Shown: positions 25,101 to 35,166, counted from the first letter of the stretch. The stretch: 64,000 nucleotides of DNA from Candidatus Uhrbacteria bacterium (GCA_016187485.1 JACPJO010000004.1:56306-120305), one strand, 5' to 3'. Made by a program: numbers and translations. Notes: generated from the letters alone by a model not told the origin.

Positions 25101-27593
25101 ATGAGTAAACTCCTCATCGTCGAGTCGCCGACGAAAGCAAAAACGATCTCGAAATTTTTGGGACATGACTATCATGTTCTTTCTTCGTACGGTCACGTGC
25201 GCGATCTCCCCAAGAGCGATCTTGGGGTGGACATCGAGCACGGATACGCTCCCACATATGAAGTATCGCCGGACTCGCGCAAACACGTGACAGCGCTCAA
25301 AAAGGCCGCAAAGGAAGCAGACGAAGTCCTCTTTGCGACGGATGAAGACCGTGAGGGAGAGGCTATCTCCTGGCACCTGGCAGAGATTCTTGGTATGGAA
25401 CCCCGCGAGGTAAAACGCGTCGTATTCCACGAAATCACCAAGCGCGCCATCGAGGAAGCGCTCGCCCATCCGCGGCCGCTCGAAATGCCGCTCGTAGACG
25501 CCCAGCAAGCCCGGCGTATTTTGGACCGCCTCTACGGTTACGAAATCTCCCCCCTCCTGTGGCGAAAGATCGCGCCAAAACTTTCCGCCGGCCGCGTGCA
25601 AAGTGTTGCCACGCGCATCATTGTGGAACGCGAACGCGAACGCATGCGATTCGTGCGCGCCGGTTTTTGGGACGCACACGGCGTGTTTTGCAAATCAGAT
25701 GCCTGCTTCCCCGCACGACTGGTGGAGGTGAAAGGCGCGCGCTTGGCAAATGGAAAACATTTTGACGCCGCAACCGGGCTCCTTACAAAGGAAGCAAAAG
25801 AAAAAGGATTTGTCGTCCTTGATGAAAAAACTGTGCGCGATCTTGTAGAGACATGGAAAACCACGTCGTGGAGTGTAAAGAGCGTGGAAGAGAAGCCGGC
25901 CGTCTCACACCCAAGTGCGCCGTTTACCACAAGCACTCTCCAACAAGAGGCCGCACGCAAACTCCGCTTATCGTCCAAAGAAACCATGCGCTCTGCCCAA
26001 TCGCTCTACGAGCGGGGGTTCATCACCTACATGCGCACGGATTCCACGACGCTTTCCGCACAAGCGATCTCTGCGGCGCGCTCCATCGTGACCACGCGTT
26101 TCGGCAAAGAAAACCTCCCAGCGGAGGCACGCCAATACCAGACAAAAGTAAAAAACGCGCAAGAAGCGCACGAGGCCATACGGCCCTCCGGAGAAGCATT
26201 TGCCGATCCGGAAGAAGTAGCCAAAGAGATGAATCCTGCCGAGGCAGCGCTTTATGATTTGATTTGGAAACGTACGATCGCCTCGCAAATGATCTCCGCC
26301 TCACTTCGGCACACCACCGTAGAAATTTCCAACAACGAAGCGCTTTTCTCCGCAACAGGGAAAATTGTTGATGTGCCGGGGTATCTGCACGTGTATATGG
26401 AGGGGAAGGACGAAACGGAAGAAGAGGCTGAAGCAACTCTGCCGGCGCTTGTCGCAGGCGACAAACTTACGGCACAAGAGCTCTCCCCAGAATCGCACGA
26501 AACAAAACCACCTGCGCGTTATACGGAAGCCTCTCTCATTAAAATGCTCGAAGCAAACGGCATTGGCCGCCCAAGCACATTTTCTTCCATCATCTCGACC
26601 ATCATGACACGCGACTATGTGCGTAAGGTAGGCCAAGCGCTTGTGCCGACATTCAAAGCGTTTGCGGTCGTGCAGCTTCTGGAGCAATGGTTTACACATC
26701 TGGTAGACATTGGCTTTACGGCAGAAATGGAGGAGGGGCTCGACGCCATTTCGCGCGACGAAAAAGAGGCGACGCCGTTTTTGGATGCCTTCTACCACGG
26801 GGGCACGTATCCGGGTCTTGCGGGCATGCTGAAGGCCGAGATTGATCCAAAAGAAGCGTGCACCATCGCGCTCTCCCAACATCAGGGTTCTCCGGTCAAT
26901 ATTCGCGTGGGACGCTTCGGTCCCTACTTGGAGTGGCGAGACCTTCGCGTATCCTTGCCCGAAGACATGTCTCCCGAGGATGTCACGCCCAAAGCGGCCG
27001 AAGAACTCCTCTCGAAAAAAGCCGAGGGACCACGAAAGCTTGGAGACGATCCGGAAGGCGGACTCCCTATCTATGCGATGAGCGGACGCTTTGGCCCTTA
27101 CGTCCAGCTTGGAGAAAAATCCGATGAGAGTAAGCCAAAGATGAAAAGTTTGCCGCGGGGCATGAGTGAGCAGGAAGTTTCTCTTGAACAAGCCGTGTAC
27201 TTATTGTCTCTCCCGCGCGAAATCGGCACACATCCAGAATCCTATGAGCCCGTCGTGCTTGATCTTGGACGGTTCGGCCCCTACATCAAATGCGCAAGTG
27301 AGAGCCGAAGTCTGAAAGCGGAAGATTCCATCTTCACATTGACGCTCCCGCGCGCGCTCGAGCTTCTGGCGCAAGAGAAAGTGGGTCGTGGCGGACGGCG
27401 CATAACGAAAAAGACTGTCTTGAAAGATCTTGGGGAAGGCCTGCAGATTCTCGATGGCCGCTACGGTCCCTATGTCACGGATGGAAAAAAGAATGCGTCG
27501 CTCCCCAAAGGAACAAGCGCGGAAGACATGACCGTAGAATCCGCCCAGACGCTTCTCTCCGAGAAAAAGACAAAGCGCAAGAAAAAGTCTTAG
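25101..27593 (+). CDS. topA: DNA topoisomerase I with C-terminal Topo_C repeats
   Basis: IVESPTKAKTI, ATDEDREGEAI, SAGRVQS, ITYMRTDS, QEAHEAIRP, repeated GRFGPY. Confidence 0.97.
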   Translation: MSKLLIVESPTKAKTISKFLGHDYHVLSSYGHVRDLPKSDLGVDIEHGYAPTYEVSPDSRKHVTALKKAAKEADEVLFATDEDREGEAISWHLAEILGMEPREVKRVVFHEITKRAIEEALAHPRPLEMPLVDAQQARRILDRLYGYEISPLLWRKIAPKLSAGRVQSVATRIIVERERERMRFVRAGFWDAHGVFCKSDACFPARLVEVKGARLANGKHFDAATGLLTKEAKEKGFVVLDEKTVRDLVETWKTTSWSVKSVEEKPAVSHPSAPFTTSTLQQEAARKLRLSSKETMRSAQSLYERGFITYMRTDSTTLSAQAISAARSIVTTRFGKENLPAEARQYQTKVKNAQEAHEAIRPSGEAFADPEEVAKEMNPAEAALYDLIWKRTIASQMISASLRHTTVEISNNEALFSATGKIVDVPGYLHVYMEGKDETEEEAEATLPALVAGDKLTAQELSPESHETKPPARYTEASLIKMLEANGIGRPSTFSSIISTIMTRDYVRKVGQALVPTFKAFAVVQLLEQWFTHLVDIGFTAEMEEGLDAISRDEKEATPFLDAFYHGGTYPGLAGMLKAEIDPKEACTIALSQHQGSPVNIRVGRFGPYLEWRDLRVSLPEDMSPEDVTPKAAEELLSKKAEGPRKLGDDPEGGLPIYAMSGRFGPYVQLGEKSDESKPKMKSLPRGMSEQEVSLEQAVYLLSLPREIGTHPESYEPVVLDLGRFGPYIKCASESRSLKAEDSIFTLTLPRALELLAQEKVGRGGRRITKKTVLKDLGEGLQILDGRYGPYVTDGKKNASLPKGTSAEDMTVESAQTLLSEKKTKRKKKS

Positions 27594-29020
27594 TGATGGT
27601 CTTTCTTTTCGTGTCCTCCGCCTCCATGACCCCCTGCGGGTTTTTTTGGTTTTCCAAAAAAGAGGTTGCCGACCACGGGAAAAAGGCGCTCGCCGCGCTC
27701 TTCCCACGGCTTCGGACGCTCGTGCGGAGGGTGCAGGTGATCCAAACCAAAGCCAAAGCCAAAATATTTTCTTGTCCAACTACCAAATCCGGCAAGTTGA
27801 TTTACTACGCCATCTGTCCACTGTTCCCCATAGTATAGGATGGGTTCGCCAAGCACGCGCCACGCGGAGCGCAGAAGATACCCGGCGGAAAGTCCCGTGA
27901 ATGCCGCCGTGCCCAGCAGCCCGCGACCGACGTGCCCCAAAAACGGATCGCCTTTCACCTCCCCCTTTCCCACCCTCTCAAGCACTCGTTCATCTTGTGT
28001 CATCTCCCACAGCAGCTGGTTCATCTCAAGACGTTTGACGGGGTGCCACCACGATGGCGGATGAACAACGTCGCCCGTCACGGTACTTTCTATGTGCCCG
28101 TGCGCATTTTCACGATACGGCGCCACAAGTTTTTTGGTTTCTTCCGAAAGCCAAGCGTCGCCGTAGTTCTTCCACCCCTTCTCGGGAAGTCCGAAAACAT
28201 CCTGCAGAGAAAATCCCTCTTTGTCTTCCACCGTCGTGCGTTCGTGCATCTTGTCCGACGTCATCTTCATGAACCGCTCAAAAGCGCCCTTCGCTTTTTC
28301 AAGCGTGCGCGCATAGGCAGCCTCGGATGCTTTGAGCCGCTGCTTCACGTCGGCAAAATCCAGCTCTTCATCGTTGCGAAGATTTTGGATCGTCGTGTGT
28401 AATTCTTCTCGCGCCTTATAAAACTTCAGAACAGCTTCTTGGTCACCATCAAGCTTTTCATCGCTCTGCCGGTCTCGAACCCGAATCTCTTTCACCTCTT
28501 TATCACGTTGGAGTGTCCGCAAGATGGCCAGTTCCTGCAAAATTTTGAAGTAGTCCGGCGGATCGCCCTCGTGGTGATCGATAGTGACGAAGTGAAGATC
28601 CGGGTCGGTGGCATAGGTATCTCCCACGCGAATGCCTATGTCTGACATCCCCACAGCATCCTGCAAACGAACAGCCGTACTCTCATCTGCTTTGTAGACT
28701 CCCACATTCAACTCTACGACCCCATCGGTACGACGCACATATTCTCGCGCTAAATGCGCGCCGGGATTACGCTCCCCGCGATTTTTTGAAATGGCGCGTT
28801 CCTGTGCGGTTTTAAGCGCATCGAGAATCGCACGGTTTGTAAGCACCTCCATCGCCGCCGTCCTTCGAAGGGACGCTCCCGCCTGTTTTTCGGCGTCCTC
28901 GAGCACCTGACGAGCATGGCGTTCCCGTTCGCGAAGTTCCGCCATCGTTGCCGCGTGCGCCATGTCCGGATTGCCGAGGGAAGCTCCAGGTCTTCCGTGA
29001 TCAGGCGAATGCGTCGTCAT
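27590..29020 (-). CDS. Hypothetical coiled-coil protein with a hydrophobic C-terminal segment and a Gly/His-rich tail
   Basis: 476-aa ORF with TAGAAT 9 nt upstream of the ATG; ends PAGGHGGGGHEKKDHH; no recognisable family motif. Confidence 0.75.
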   Translation of the reverse strand: MTTHSPDHGRPGASLGNPDMAHAATMAELRERERHARQVLEDAEKQAGASLRRTAAMEVLTNRAILDALKTAQERAISKNRGERNPGAHLAREYVRRTDGVVELNVGVYKADESTAVRLQDAVGMSDIGIRVGDTYATDPDLHFVTIDHHEGDPPDYFKILQELAILRTLQRDKEVKEIRVRDRQSDEKLDGDQEAVLKFYKAREELHTTIQNLRNDEELDFADVKQRLKASEAAYARTLEKAKGAFERFMKMTSDKMHERTTVEDKEGFSLQDVFGLPEKGWKNYGDAWLSEETKKLVAPYRENAHGHIESTVTGDVVHPPSWWHPVKRLEMNQLLWEMTQDERVLERVGKGEVKGDPFLGHVGRGLLGTAAFTGLSAGYLLRSAWRVLGEPILYYGEQWTDGVVNQLAGFGSWTRKYFGFGFGLDHLHPPHERPKPWEERGERLFPVVGNLFFGKPKKPAGGHGGGGHEKKDHH

Positions 29021-29100
29021 ATGGCTCGCATTCTACCAAAACACCGCAAATCCGCACAGCCGCTTGTCGAGACGCAAGGGGTACGTTATCGTGGGTGGAT

Positions 29101-30603
29101 ATGTTGGGTACTTTGGAGGGCCTTCTGGGCGTCATTGCGGAGAACTATCCATCGGGGACAGACGCCTCGCTTGTTGAACGTGCTTATCAATTCGCGAGAG
29201 CGGCACACGAGGGCCAGATGCGCCTTACCGGGGAGCCGTACATCACCCATCCCACCATTACCGCCACGAAATTGGCCGCCATGAAACTTCCCCTTGCCGT
29301 CGTGGCCGCCGGACTCCTGCACGATGTCCCCGAAGACACCTCGCGCACAAGCGAGGAAATTCGCGCCGCGTTCGGGGATGATATAGCCAACATGGTGGAA
29401 GGCGTCACAAAACTTGGAAAAGTGAAGTTCCGGGGGATGGATCGGTATGTGGAAAACCTGCGAAAAATGTTCTATGCCATGGCGGAAGACATTCGCACCA
29501 TCTACATTAAATTCGCCGACCGTCTGCACAACTTGGAAACCTTGAGCGCCCAGCCCATCCCTAAACGTGAACGCATCGCCCGCGAGGTACTCGAGATCTA
29601 TGCCCCCATCGCAAATCGTCTCGGCATGGGAGAATTTAAAGGAGCCTTTGAGGATCTGGCGTTCCAATATTTAGAACCAAAAAAATATCAAACGGTCAAA
29701 GCGCTCCGCGACAAAATCTTGCGCGCGCGCGAAGGCGTGCTTTCGCGCATGATCGACGCTCTGAAGAAAGATTTGCTTGCCGAAGACCTTCAGTTTGTCT
29801 CTGCCCACGGCCGCATGAAGCACCTCTACAGCCTCCACCAAAAACTAGAACGGCACGACAATGACATTGCGCGTATCTATGACCTCATCGCCATCCGTGT
29901 GATCGTGAAAAAAATCCCGGATTGCTATACCGTGCTTGGTATCGTGCATAACCGGTGGAAGCCGCTAAAGGGCCGCATTAAAGACTACGTCGCCCAGCCA
30001 AAACCAAACGGCTATCAGTCCATTCACACAACGATCTTCGGCGACGACGGCATGATCGTAGAGGTACAAGTACGTACCGAGGAAATGCACGAGCTTGCTG
30101 AATACGGACCGGCGCGGCATTGGCAGTACAAAGAAGGAAGCGTTCCCATCACCAAGCTTGATACGCGCTGGATCAATGAACTGGTGAAAGTGCAGAAAGA
30201 GCTCACCGGCAAGGAGGAGTTTCTGGAACACCTGGAAGACCTGAAGCTTGATGCATTTCGCGACCGCATTTTTGTCTTCACCCCCAAAGGAGATGTCATT
30301 GACTTAGCCGAGGGTTCCACGCCGATTGATTTTGCTTACGCCATCCATTCGGAGATTGGGAATAAATGCGTTGCAGCGCGCGTGAATGATCAAATGGTGC
30401 AGTTAGATGCCCCTCTCAAGTCGGGCGACTTGTGCGAGATTGTCATTGATAAAAACCGCAAAGGGCCAAATCCCGACTGGATGGATTTCGTGAAAAGCCG
30501 GCATGCGCGTACGAAAATCAAAGACGGGTCGCGCAGCACGATCCGCCAATGGCTGAAATCCAAGTTTGATAAAAGCCGTGAGCGAAAGATCAAAGGTCTA
30601 TAA
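29101..30603 (+). CDS. rel: RelA/SpoT family (p)ppGpp synthetase/hydrolase (HD + SYNTH + TGS), lacking ACT
   Basis: GEPYITHP, LLHDVPED, KFADRLHN, RIKDY, NGYQSIHT, EVQVRT, TPKG...DFAYAIHS; promoter TTGTCG-17-TATCGT, 8 nt before ATG 29101. Confidence 0.94.
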   Translation: MLGTLEGLLGVIAENYPSGTDASLVERAYQFARAAHEGQMRLTGEPYITHPTITATKLAAMKLPLAVVAAGLLHDVPEDTSRTSEEIRAAFGDDIANMVEGVTKLGKVKFRGMDRYVENLRKMFYAMAEDIRTIYIKFADRLHNLETLSAQPIPKRERIAREVLEIYAPIANRLGMGEFKGAFEDLAFQYLEPKKYQTVKALRDKILRAREGVLSRMIDALKKDLLAEDLQFVSAHGRMKHLYSLHQKLERHDNDIARIYDLIAIRVIVKKIPDCYTVLGIVHNRWKPLKGRIKDYVAQPKPNGYQSIHTTIFGDDGMIVEVQVRTEEMHELAEYGPARHWQYKEGSVPITKLDTRWINELVKVQKELTGKEEFLEHLEDLKLDAFRDRIFVFTPKGDVIDLAEGSTPIDFAYAIHSEIGNKCVAARVNDQMVQLDAPLKSGDLCEIVIDKNRKGPNPDWMDFVKSRHARTKIKDGSRSTIRQWLKSKFDKSRERKIKGL

Positions 30604-31426
30604 GGCGGCTCAAGAGATCACGGAGCTCTTCTTTTGAGTAATAGAAGAAGGAAACTTTGTTGGTGTCAATTTCAACTTTCGTCCCAAAAACTTCTCGAAG
30701 TTTCGCGGCATGCGCGGCAAGATTCGGGTCAGCCCCCTTCTTTCCCAATCGTTTTGTTCCAATCCCGACGTGTCCCTCTGCTTGGCGCACCGTAAGGCCG
30801 CCCGCAAGCATGGCTTGAAAAAGAGTCTCGCGTTTCGCCGGGTCTGTTTCGGAAAGCAGCGTGCGCGCATGCGTGCGCGTAATTTTGCCGTCACGAAGCG
30901 CACTCTTCATGGCTTCGGGAAGATCGAGCAGTCGCATCGTATTTGCCACCTCTGAACGGCTCTTCCCCACGCGCTCCGCCGCGGCCGCTTGCGTCAAATT
31001 AAATTCCTCAATAAGCGCCTTATATGCCACGGCTTCCTCCAACGCGCCGAGTTGCTGGCGCTGAATATTCTCAATGAGGGCCAATTCCAATTTCTCCTGA
31101 TCAGATGCCGTGCGCACCACGGCCGGCACCTGCGCCATGCCAAGATCGCGTGCGGCACGCAGACGGCGCTCTCCGGCAATAAGTTCAAAACCGTCCCCCC
31201 GGCGCGTGACGATAAGCGGCTGGAGGATCCCGTGTTCCTTGATAGATACCATCAGGTCGTCCATCTCGCTTGCCGAAAAATGTTTGCGTGGCTGAAACGG
31301 ATTCTCCGAAATCTTCGCTACAGGAATTTCCTGCATGCCGTCTTTGGCAAGTTCAGGAAGCACCTGCGACGTAAGACTTTCTTTTTGTGGTAACAGGGCG
31401 CCAAGCCCTCGGGCAAGTCCGCTCAT
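30590..31426 (-). CDS. parB: Chromosome partitioning protein ParB
   Basis: GLARGLGALL, NPFQPRK, LIAGERRLRA, ALIENIQR, HTH VGKSRSEVANTMRLL. Confidence 0.96.
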   Translation of the reverse strand: MSGLARGLGALLPQKESLTSQVLPELAKDGMQEIPVAKISENPFQPRKHFSASEMDDLMVSIKEHGILQPLIVTRRGDGFELIAGERRLRAARDLGMAQVPAVVRTASDQEKLELALIENIQRQQLGALEEAVAYKALIEEFNLTQAAAAERVGKSRSEVANTMRLLDLPEAMKSALRDGKITRTHARTLLSETDPAKRETLFQAMLAGGLTVRQAEGHVGIGTKRLGKKGADPNLAAHAAKLREVFGTKVEIDTNKVSFFYYSKEELRDLLSRLIDL

Positions 31427-32220
31427 AGTGTGGCGGGGTCGGGTTCGATGGTGCCGCCCGATTCGCGCAGGAGAAATTCCCGTGCAAGCCGGTCGTACGC
31501 CTTCGCCCCCTTCCCGGAAGGATCATAATGTAAAATAGTTTTTCCGGCAGATGGCGCCTCGGCCAGCCGTACCGTGCGTGGAATGACCGAACGGAAAATG
31601 CGGTTGGGAAAATACCGATACAGTTCTTCAAGCACATCACGCGACAGCGTTGTTCGGCTGTCGTACATCGTGATGACCGCGCCCATGATCTCGAGCTCCG
31701 GCTTCAAACCAGATTTTACCAAATCAATCGTTTGCATGAGTTGGCTCAACCCTTCAAGGGCAAAGTATTCTGCCTGCACGGGAATAAGAACAGAGTCAGC
31801 TGCTACAAGGCCGTTCACCGTAAGGAGGCCAAGCGAGGGCGGGTTATCAATAATAATGTAATCGTAGTCGTTGCGCACCTCGAGCAGCGCTTGGTGGAGT
31901 TTCCACTCACGCTCGGAAGAGCCGACAAGCTCCACCGGCGCGCCTGCAAGATTCATGGTAGCGGGGATCACACGCAATCCCTCATGCGCGGTAGCTTGTA
32001 CAACTTCTTTGGGTCGGCGCACACCCATGAGGATCTCGTAGATGCCGTGCGGGATCACGCGATAATCCAAACCGAGGCCGGACGTGGCGTTTGCTTGCGG
32101 ATCCAAATCCACCAGCAAGACAAACTTACCGTAATACGCAAGATAGGCCGCGAGATTCATCGCGGTCGTCGTCTTCCCCACTCCTCCCTTCTGATTCACA
32201 ACGGAAACAATGTGGGCCAT
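31423..32220 (-). CDS. parA: Chromosome partitioning ATPase ParA/Soj
   Basis: NQKGGVGKTTT, DLDPQANATSG, IDNPPSLG, PVQAEYFALEG, LAEAPS; start placed at ATG 32220. Confidence 0.96.
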   Translation of the reverse strand: MAHIVSVVNQKGGVGKTTTAMNLAAYLAYYGKFVLLVDLDPQANATSGLGLDYRVIPHGIYEILMGVRRPKEVVQATAHEGLRVIPATMNLAGAPVELVGSSEREWKLHQALLEVRNDYDYIIIDNPPSLGLLTVNGLVAADSVLIPVQAEYFALEGLSQLMQTIDLVKSGLKPELEIMGAVITMYDSRTTLSRDVLEELYRYFPNRIFRSVIPRTVRLAEAPSAGKTILHYDPSGKGAKAYDRLAREFLLRESGGTIEPDPATL

Positions 32221-32399
32221 AGCAGGAGTGTGCATAGTATAGCAGACGGAAACGATTGACAGAAAGGCATTTCTGTGTAACTCTTGGGCTACCCCCCAAG
32301 GGGTGCACGAGACTGGATGGGTCGCCCGCAATCCTGCGGGGATGCCAAAAGGTCTCATGGTGGGACGTCCGGCATCCGGAGTCGCCACAGGAGTCAGTC

Positions 32400-33101
32400 A
32401 TGCACAATCACAGCAAGCCCGTGAGCTCCGTCCTGTCGTGGATCGCCTGGGTCTTCATCAACCCGACGGTTCTGGCCGTCGTGGGCACGTTCTTCTTCAT
32501 CTGGCTCTTCGCTCTTCCGGGTGAGCCTTTCTTCGATGGGCCCATCGTGACGGCGAGCGACAAGATGACCTTCGCTGCCTTGTTCGCCTGCGGTTCCGTG
32601 GTCCTGGGAGGATCTATGTTCATGAGCATGAACATGATGAACTCCCATCTGAAGCGCCATCAGATGGAGGCGAGCCGCCACCGCCTGGAGGGAGCGCTCT
32701 CCATGTCGTACATCTGCAACACGCCCGGCGCAGAAGAGATGGGGTTCCAATACCGGACGCCCGAGGACACGCTTCGGCTCCTCGTGACGGCACTGCGTGA
32801 GTTGCCCCAACGAGATGCGTGGAACATCACCGAGGAACAGCTGCGCGTGCTCGTGCGTCACGGCCTGAACGCGCAAGTGGTGCACAGTCAGCTCCTCGTC
32901 CTCGAGGACTTTCTGCGCGAGCCGCGCAAGCTGGCGCAGAGCAAGGGACTCAACGACGTGCTGGCCGCGATCGTCCCCTACCTCGAGTTCGTCCGCGAGA
33001 CTGCGCTCATGAACTGCGATCCCGACACGGCTACGCGGCGGCACTACCTGATCCGTGAGGCACTCGAGAAGGTGGCGCCCGTCATCACGAGGACGAACTA
33101 G
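32400..33101 (+). CDS. Hypothetical membrane protein (2 N-terminal TM helices), GC3-rich ORFan
   Basis: SD AGGAG 7 nt before ATG 32400; two hydrophobic helices; followed by the hairpin acgaccc-ccct-gggtcgt-TTT at 33151-33171. Confidence 0.75.
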   Translation: MHNHSKPVSSVLSWIAWVFINPTVLAVVGTFFFIWLFALPGEPFFDGPIVTASDKMTFAALFACGSVVLGGSMFMSMNMMNSHLKRHQMEASRHRLEGALSMSYICNTPGAEEMGFQYRTPEDTLRLLVTALRELPQRDAWNITEEQLRVLVRHGLNAQVVHSQLLVLEDFLREPRKLAQSKGLNDVLAAIVPYLEFVRETALMNCDPDTATRRHYLIREALEKVAPVITRTN

Positions 33102-33293
33102 TTCCGTTCCTTCTTGTCTCCCGTAGCTCGTAAGAGCGAAGGAGAATCACACGACCCCCCTGGGTCGTTTTCGATTTATCCGTATCTGAAATTGAGTTTC
33201 GAAGTGCACTAATATCTACAGGTTTTATTCGATACTTAGTTTCGAAACTTCGTCTCGAAAACAGTCTCAAAAATCGTACAAGACACAAGATCC

Positions 33294-33337
33294 ATAAACC
33301 TCACGCAAGGGCCGATCGGCCCTTGCGTGAGGTTTAT
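33294..33337. repeat. Perfect 44-bp palindrome
   Basis: ataaacctcacgcaagggccga|tcggcccttgcgtgaggtttat. Confidence 0.9.
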
Positions 33338-33388
33338 ATGAGGTCTATATGCTATATGGAAGAAAAACAAAAAGACCTTTGTGGTCTT

Positions 33389-33475
33389 TGGTGCCGGGAG
33401 AGGGACTCGAACCCTCAAGGGCTTGCGCCCACGGGATTTTGAGTCCCGCGCGTATACCAATTCCGCCATCCCGGC
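33389..33475 (-). tRNA. tRNA-Leu(CAA)
   Basis: GCCGGGATGGCGGAATTGGTATACGCG-CGGGA-CT-CAA-AA-TCCCG, long variable arm, GGTTCGAGTCC, CCA encoded. Confidence 0.96.
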
Positions 33476-33550
33476 ATTGCAAGCAGGATACTAACAATTC
33501 TTGGATTACTTGACAATCAAGCAGTTGGACTATAGCATTCAGCCACACGA

Positions 33551-33627
<77 letters not shown>

Positions 33628-33636
33628 ATTGTTCGG

Positions 33637-33713
33637 GGCTGGGTAGCTCAGTTGGTTAGAGCGAGGGACTCATAAGCCCTAGGTCGCCGGTTCGATTCCG
33701 GCCCCAGCTACCA
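33637..33713 (+). tRNA. tRNA with CAT anticodon, probably elongator Met (Ile2 not excluded)
   Basis: GGCTGGGTAGCTCAGTTGGTTAGAGCG-AGGGA-CTCATAA-GCCCT...GGTTCGATTCC...CCCAGCTACCA. Confidence 0.9.
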
Positions 33714-33745
33714 TATAAAGACCATCTCTTGGTTCTTTTTATTTT

Positions 33746-34192
33746 CTACAGAACTCCCATCACCGTATCAGTGAGAATACCGACAATGATGCCGGCAATG
33801 GCCACACCAACCACGATCGCGGGAATGGCAAAACGCGCAGGGATGCCAAAGAGCACCGCCGCCACAGCACCACTCCATGCGCCGGTAAGCGGGAGTGGGA
33901 TAGCCACAAAAATACACAGTGCCACCGCACCATACCGTTCATACGACGGCCCAAACTTTTTCCGCGTCCGCTCAAACCACCACAGAAGCCACCGATGGAG
34001 AAAGGGAATGTACCGCTCGATAATTTTTACCGACCACGCCAAAAAGAAAAACAGAGGGATCGCCGGAACAAGATTGCCAATCACGGAAAGAAGGTACGCC
34101 TGCCAAAACGGCATACCGCCGGCGAGAGCAATGGGAAGCGCCCCGCGCAGTTCCACAATCGGCAAGGCCGCAATTAATAAAATCTTCCACAT
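33746..34192 (-). CDS. Small multidrug export family membrane protein (COG2426-like)
   Basis: LPIVELRGALPIA and FVAIPLPLTGAWSG family motifs; about 4 TM helices. Confidence 0.88.
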   Translation of the reverse strand: MWKILLIAALPIVELRGALPIALAGGMPFWQAYLLSVIGNLVPAIPLFFFLAWSVKIIERYIPFLHRWLLWWFERTRKKFGPSYERYGAVALCIFVAIPLPLTGAWSGAVAAVLFGIPARFAIPAIVVGVAIAGIIVGILTDTVMGVL

Positions 34193-34194
34193 AG

Positions 34195-35166
34195 TTACAG
34201 AGTCTCATCCGGCCAGCGATACACATCAAACGCCCACTGCGAGAGCGCCTTCGCTTCTTGGAACCGACTCTGCGCTGTCTCGGACCCAAGCACCACTGTG
34301 TAGAGTGCATGCCCCACGCCATCCTCCACGCGCACACCAACTCCGTACCCCGCAAGCGGAAGGTATCCCGTCTTCCCTACGGCGATCGCATAGGGCGGCG
34401 CATTCAAGTAGGAGGCAAGAAGATTGTTTGTGGTAGGAATACTGTATGTGCGGCCAGAGGTACTGGAAAATTCAGCAAGAGGAATACGAGATATCTCCGT
34501 GATGGTCGGGTTGTCGAGCGCTGCTTTGAGTAAGACCACGATGTCCCGTGCCGTGGCCACATTATGCGGATCAAGTCCCGTAGGTTCGACAAAGGCCGCG
34601 CGGCGCATCCCTATCTCTCCTGCCTTTTCGTTCATACGCGCCGCAAACTGCTCGGGGGAAAGGCCGGACAGACGCGCGAGCGCTATTGTCGCCGGATTGT
34701 CTGACCCCACCAGGCTTGCCTCAAGAAGATGGCGGACGCTCACTTCATCCTCCACATACAGATGGTCACGTCCGCCCTGGCGTAAGTCCACCGGGAGAAC
34801 ACTTGCCGGAGCGGAGACATCTGGGTTGGTCTCCAAAAAGACAAGCGCCGCTAATAGTTTCGTAAGACTTCCAATGGAGCGCACCTCTTCAGGATGTTTT
34901 GCAAAAAGCTCTGCTCCGCTTCCCGCATCCGCCACCAGCACGCTTGATGCTGTGGTAATAACCCCAAGCCGTGTCGCATCTACTTTCTCGGGAGGACGCA
35001 AACCACTCGTCGGAAGAGGAGCGGGAATCCACGCGCTTATCCCCTCCACCAGGGCAGGCGCCTCTTTCGCTTCCGGAAGCGTGGCGTATTCCAACGCAGA
35101 CGGTGAAGTAGGAACAAATTCCACCATCGCTGCGGCAAGAACAAGTTGCGTAAATAAGCGGATCAT
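34195..35166 (-). CDS. D-alanyl-D-alanine carboxypeptidase/endopeptidase (peptidase S11)
   Basis: SxxK (SLTK), SxN (SDN) and KTG motifs; N-terminal signal. Confidence 0.92.
   Translation of the reverse strand: MIRLFTQLVLAAAMVEFVPTSPSALEYATLPEAKEAPALVEGISAWIPAPLPTSGLRPPEKVDATRLGVITTASSVLVADAGSGAELFAKHPEEVRSIGSLTKLLAALVFLETNPDVSAPASVLPVDLRQGGRDHLYVEDEVSVRHLLEASLVGSDNPATIALARLSGLSPEQFAARMNEKAGEIGMRRAAFVEPTGLDPHNVATARDIVVLLKAALDNPTITEISRIPLAEFSSTSGRTYSIPTTNNLLASYLNAPPYAIAVGKTGYLPLAGYGVGVRVEDGVGHALYTVVLGSETAQSRFQEAKALSQWAFDVYRWPDETL

Noticed and set aside
33165-33390. Replication origin next to parAB
   Set aside because: The region is AT-rich, but I found no DnaA boxes here and no dnaA/dnaN in the window.
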